Origin: Euglena gracilis
Taxonomy: Eukaryota
NCBI GenBank assembly: GCA_039621445.1
Contig: CP154954.1
Span: forward strand, 47,161,847 to 47,225,846
Length of the DNA stretch: 64,000 nt
Direction: 5' to 3'
Below are positions 60,062 to 64,000 of the stretch, in pieces. How positions within the stretch are numbered: position 1 is the stretch's first letter; the number at the start of each line of letters is the position of its first letter. A program made the translations under genes and the position numbers. The notes beneath the pieces are model-generated. The model worked only from the letters and a program-made list of their open reading frames with translations, did not search any database and had not been told where the DNA came from.

Positions 60062-60722
60062 CGTGGCGGCGTCTGCCTTGACGCCCCGTGAGGCCTCCGC
60101 CAGGGCCTGCCCCGCCGCGCCGTACGCCTCCTGGCGGATGCGGGCCATGGTGTCGATGTGGTCCGCGTCCACCAGGCCCGCCGCGTAGTCCCCGGCAGGC
60201 AGGCACGAGATGGCAAAAAGAACGGCCTCGTGTACTGGGGGCTGCGGGTTCAGTGCGGAGGGAATCTTCTTGGCACGTTTGATGGGGCCAGCCAGGGCTG
60301 TATGGGAAGGCCTGGTGGGGGGGCCGGACCCCCCCCCCGAGGTGGGGGTCCACCACCCCCACCCACCGGCGCAAAGAAAATTTTGACCTAAAAATCGGCG
60401 CTCCCACAGAAATACGGGAAGGCCCGGTGGGTGGGGGTCGACGCCCGACCCACCACCCAGAGGGTTGCAGGGATTCCTCCACAGCCCTGGGGCCAGCATT
60501 GGTCTCGCGCTGCAATGTGGTGCACGAAAACATCACAGCACATCCATCCTGTCAGTGGTGGTTTCTCTTTGCTTTTTTTTGGGGGGGGGGTTGGAACGCT
60601 GGCGCCGGTCTGGACCACGGTGGCCTGCTGGAGGCTTCCGAGCAGCTGCTCCGCCTTGGCGAGGGCTGTGCTGGCGGTTTGGTGGGACTTGAGCAGCCGG
60701 GGTTGGGGGGATGACGCTTGAT
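60062..60722 (-). CDS. Internal exons of a multi-exon gene of unknown product
   Basis: Exons about 60722-60598, 60548-60493 and 60287-about 60062 are joined by a 49-nt GT-AG intron (60597-60549) and a 205-nt nonconventional intron (60492-60288): ALAKAEQLLGSLQQATVVQTGAS|DGCAVMFSCTTLQRETNAG|PIKRAKKIPSALN..DADHIDTMARIRQEAYG. Further GC3-rich exon-like blocks near 62020-61920, 61380-61215, 58875-58750, 58460-58270 and 57580-57240 are not fully joined. Confidence 0.65.
60293..60489. mobile_element. CAG...CTG MITE with perfect 8-bp TSD inside coding sequence
   Basis: TIR cagggctgt / acagccctg; TSD gggccagc at 60285-60292 and 60490-60497; the left end resembles the 9234 element (gggaaggcctggtggggggg). 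Confidence 0.9.
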
Positions 60723-63700
60723 GCCCGCAGACACAGCGAAGAGAAACGGCGACAGAAAAGGGGAAAAGAACAGCGGGAAGGGGCCAAGGTAAGAAATGCG
60801 AGCAAAACAAAATGCAAAAGGACAGAAGCAATGAGTTACGATGCTAACTTGAATCAATACAATACAATACGATACGATGCTAACGCCCACTTGCCACCCT
60901 TGGGGATGAAAATATGTCAAATTCCAGAGTGTGTCACAGTTGAAACTCAACAGTTGTTCAAAAAAGAAAAGTAAACGTAGGTGGACCCCTCCCCCCAGGG
61001 GGGGGGTGGGATGTCACGGGAGGTAGGTTCGTGGGAGGTAGGTGCCGCGGCCTATCAACCAACCAAAACAGGGGTTTGGTTGGGCCGCGGCCGACCGCGA
61101 CCCAACCACGGCCATATTTTGCTGTCAGAATTCTGATTTGGTTGGGCCGCGGCCCCAACCAAACTGCAAAAGACGATCACAAAACAAAAAAAATATTTTA
61201 TGGAGGTTTGGAAAGCCGCCCGCTGGTTGGGGTCTCGGACTTGGGCGGCGCTGGCCGGGGAGGCGAGGTGGGGGGCGGCTTCTCCTTAGGGGGAAGGATG
61301 TCAGACAGGTTCGCCTTGACGTAGGAGCGGGCGATGTCGACCTCGTCATCCGAGATGTCTTCCACCTGGGGCAGCCCCCTGTGGCGTAACCTCCCTACCC
61401 AAATTTGACGACGGGCCATTTTTTGACTTTGGTCAGAGGAAATCCGAAGGGGTCAGGGTGGTTTCAGATGGTTCCAACAAAAATGTCTGATCTCAAAATC
61501 GCTCGATGGGGATCTCCCATTGCCTTGTGGGCCTGGTGCTCTTCTCAGAAGCGGTCCATCCGCTTGTATTCCACTTTTGCGTCAGCCCTGCCCATGGGGC
61601 ATCTGCTCAGTGTGGTCGCGGACCCTTCTCTTCTCCCATCCCGTATCCGTACGATACCGAATTTGTGGTGATTTGAGCGAACACCCCCCGTTTAGGAAGG
61701 CCCCTCGGATGCCGGCCCCCGTACCTTCCAGCCAATAGGGAAATATCCACAATTGAGACAGACCCACCAGTGGCGTGGGAAAAATAAAATGCTGAAGCTA
61801 AGGCATAGTGACAGGGATTCAAGTTAATGGAGTATTAGGCACAAACCACTTTTGTCTCGAAAAGGACAACCCTGAGGCGCTTTGGACCCATTCCACCCTG
61901 TTCCATTCCAGTGCCTGCCAGCCGCCAACGGCCGCGGGGGTTGAGTGGCAGCGGCGGGCTGCTCAGGACCACCTCATCGTCCGCAGCCCCGACGGAGATG
62001 GTCGCCAGCAGCACCGCCAGCGCCAGGAAAAAAAAAAAACAAGGACAACAATAACAGACCCCCCCCGCCACCCGCCCCCTCCAACCACCCCGCGCCCCCC
62101 CCCCCCAACCCCCCCACCCGACGCATGGCACAGGGGGCCACGGGCGGAGCGGGGAGGAGCTGGGCAAGCGGAAAAGGACACCCGTGCCAGCGATCTCGGT
62201 CACTGCCGTCCCATACCGACCTCAGGGTGTGTGCGGTCAAAGCCCTCCCCAAACGGTCACACCGATGCTTTGAAAAGCAGGGTGGCCGGAAACTGGACGG
62301 GGAAAACGTTGAAAGGGGGTGGGCCATTTTGGGGGGAGGGGGTCAAGACACAGGGCAGCAAACTTTGCCAAGGGGTCCGATCAGGCTGTTGCGGTGCCCA
62401 GTTGGAAGACACCTTCCTCCCAGCTGGGGAAGGGATCAGACTTCCCCAGAGGGAGAGGGGGACCCAGCCCGGTGCAGGACACTGCTCCTCCTGGCGGCGG
62501 GGGATCCCCAAAATCAGGCTGTGTGGAGGCATTTCTCAACACTGCGCTTCATGTGGAAACCCAACCCCCCCTCTGAGAGTTCCTACCCTTGATCCGCCCA
62601 CCCCTCCCCGGGGTCTTCCGAATAATAAAAAAAAAGAGGCCTGAAAGGGATCAGGTTATCAGGATCAGGTTGGGGTAGCCAAGAAATAAAACAAAATTGG
62701 GCCCAGAGAATCTGGGAAAGATAAAGAGAAAACAAGAATGCTCTCCCCAATGAAACCGCCCCGCGCATAATTGGTGGATGACTCCCCCAGAAAAAAAAAA
62801 CGGTCGGAAAAAAGCGTGCCTCGGACAGCAGTAGATGACAAAGAAACCAAACAAACAATTGCCGCCTGTGTGGTGGAACTTTTTTTTTGGTGAAAACCTG
62901 AACCCTCTCCTTTTCCACAGGAGGGAGTTGATGCCTCCTTCCATAGGGACAACGAGATAAAATGTGTGAAGTACCAAAACTTCTCATCCTGAAAATGCCA
63001 AAGAAAAAAGCATTTGGCACTTTTGGGCACTTTGTTTGGTTGACTGGGAAAAAAATTCCTCCGGTGCTGTACACAAGGCGGAAATAGGACTTTCAATTTG
63101 ATTTTTTGTGTGGCTGATTTTGTTGCAAAAAAAAACCACAAAAAAATGCCAGAAATGGGCATTTTCGGCAGGTTTTGGGGATGTTTCTGGCGCTTCGCAC
63201 CAGTCAGTGGGAAAATATTTTCCTAGCCCTGCTTGCACACCCCCTGGGGTCCACTAGGATTTCCACTAGCCAATTATGGACTAGCTGCAGTCCAGCCCCA
63301 CCAGGGGGGTACTCAAACCACACCGCAAACTGGGCCAGAAGCGATTTTAGCGCCGGGCATGAACAGACAAGAATCCTGAGTGCAACTAAGGGGCACTCAA
63401 ACCTTTAAGCAGAAGCCTGGAAGGGTGGAAGCAATCCAAAAAGTTGGAGTGAAAGGACAAAGAAATCTGCAGCAAGCAAAGCTTGCCAGCAGATGTTGCA
63501 AACCTGGGGCACCATTGCAAAACAGTGGGTTGCATTGCCCATTGATGGGAAGCACACGGCAGGGAGTTCTACATATGGGACACACGTTTGCGCGGCTGCA
63601 AATGGGCAGCGAGGCCTGGTCCATCCTTGACTCGCACTCCAGGTTCCCCCCCCCAAAGTTAACTGCATTATTTCAGAAACAACCAACGATGCTTTCCATT

Positions 63701-64000
63701 GTTCCTGAATTCAGAGAAGATTGATGCATGTTGATGGTAGCTTGAAGGGCAGCCGGACGTGGACCAATGAATGTCCTTGAAGGGGCAAAAATGGCGACAA
63801 TAGGGTGGGCCCAACTGGGCGACAATTGAGTGACCAAACAAGAGGGTGGAGAATGCTCAAAAAAACTTGCACCCATATGAAAGGCGGCCAACTTCACACA
63901 CTTGTTTCCATCACAACGTAGGATGTGGCATTGGAAAAAACAACTTCCTGAAGCAAAGAAGAAGTTGTGACTAATTCTTGATCACTTTGTGATGGGCTTC

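Overview
Eukaryotic nuclear DNA, very rich in transposons and homopolymer runs. It is most likely from a euglenid (inference), because its genes mix short GT-AG introns (43-51 nt) with euglenid-type nonconventional introns (no GT-AG, paired ends, CAG at +4..+6, CTG at -8..-6). Contents: (1) a structurally complete DIRS1-type tyrosine-recombinase retrotransposon (1845-6384), back-to-back with a degenerate second DIRS copy, plus a scrambled third copy (46.4-49 kb); (2) a 9-exon, 4-RRM PTB/hnRNP-L-like gene (minus strand, 17273-12002, about 559 aa) divergent from an Alba gene (17377-17826); (3) an intron-containing pogo-like DD35D transposase element (44.1-46.4 kb); (4) part of a multi-exon gene of unknown product (minus strand, about 57-62 kb); (5) many non-autonomous TIR elements. 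Main result: hAT-like CAG...CTG elements with 8-bp target-site duplications (TSDs) have exactly the geometry (3 nt before CAG + 5 nt after CTG = 8) that nonconventional splicing removes. The window shows a full series from free elements, through a perfect-TSD element inside an exon and introns with 7/8 TSD relics (one homologous to the free element family), to old introns keeping only the stem. All gene models were derived by eye and lack transcript support.
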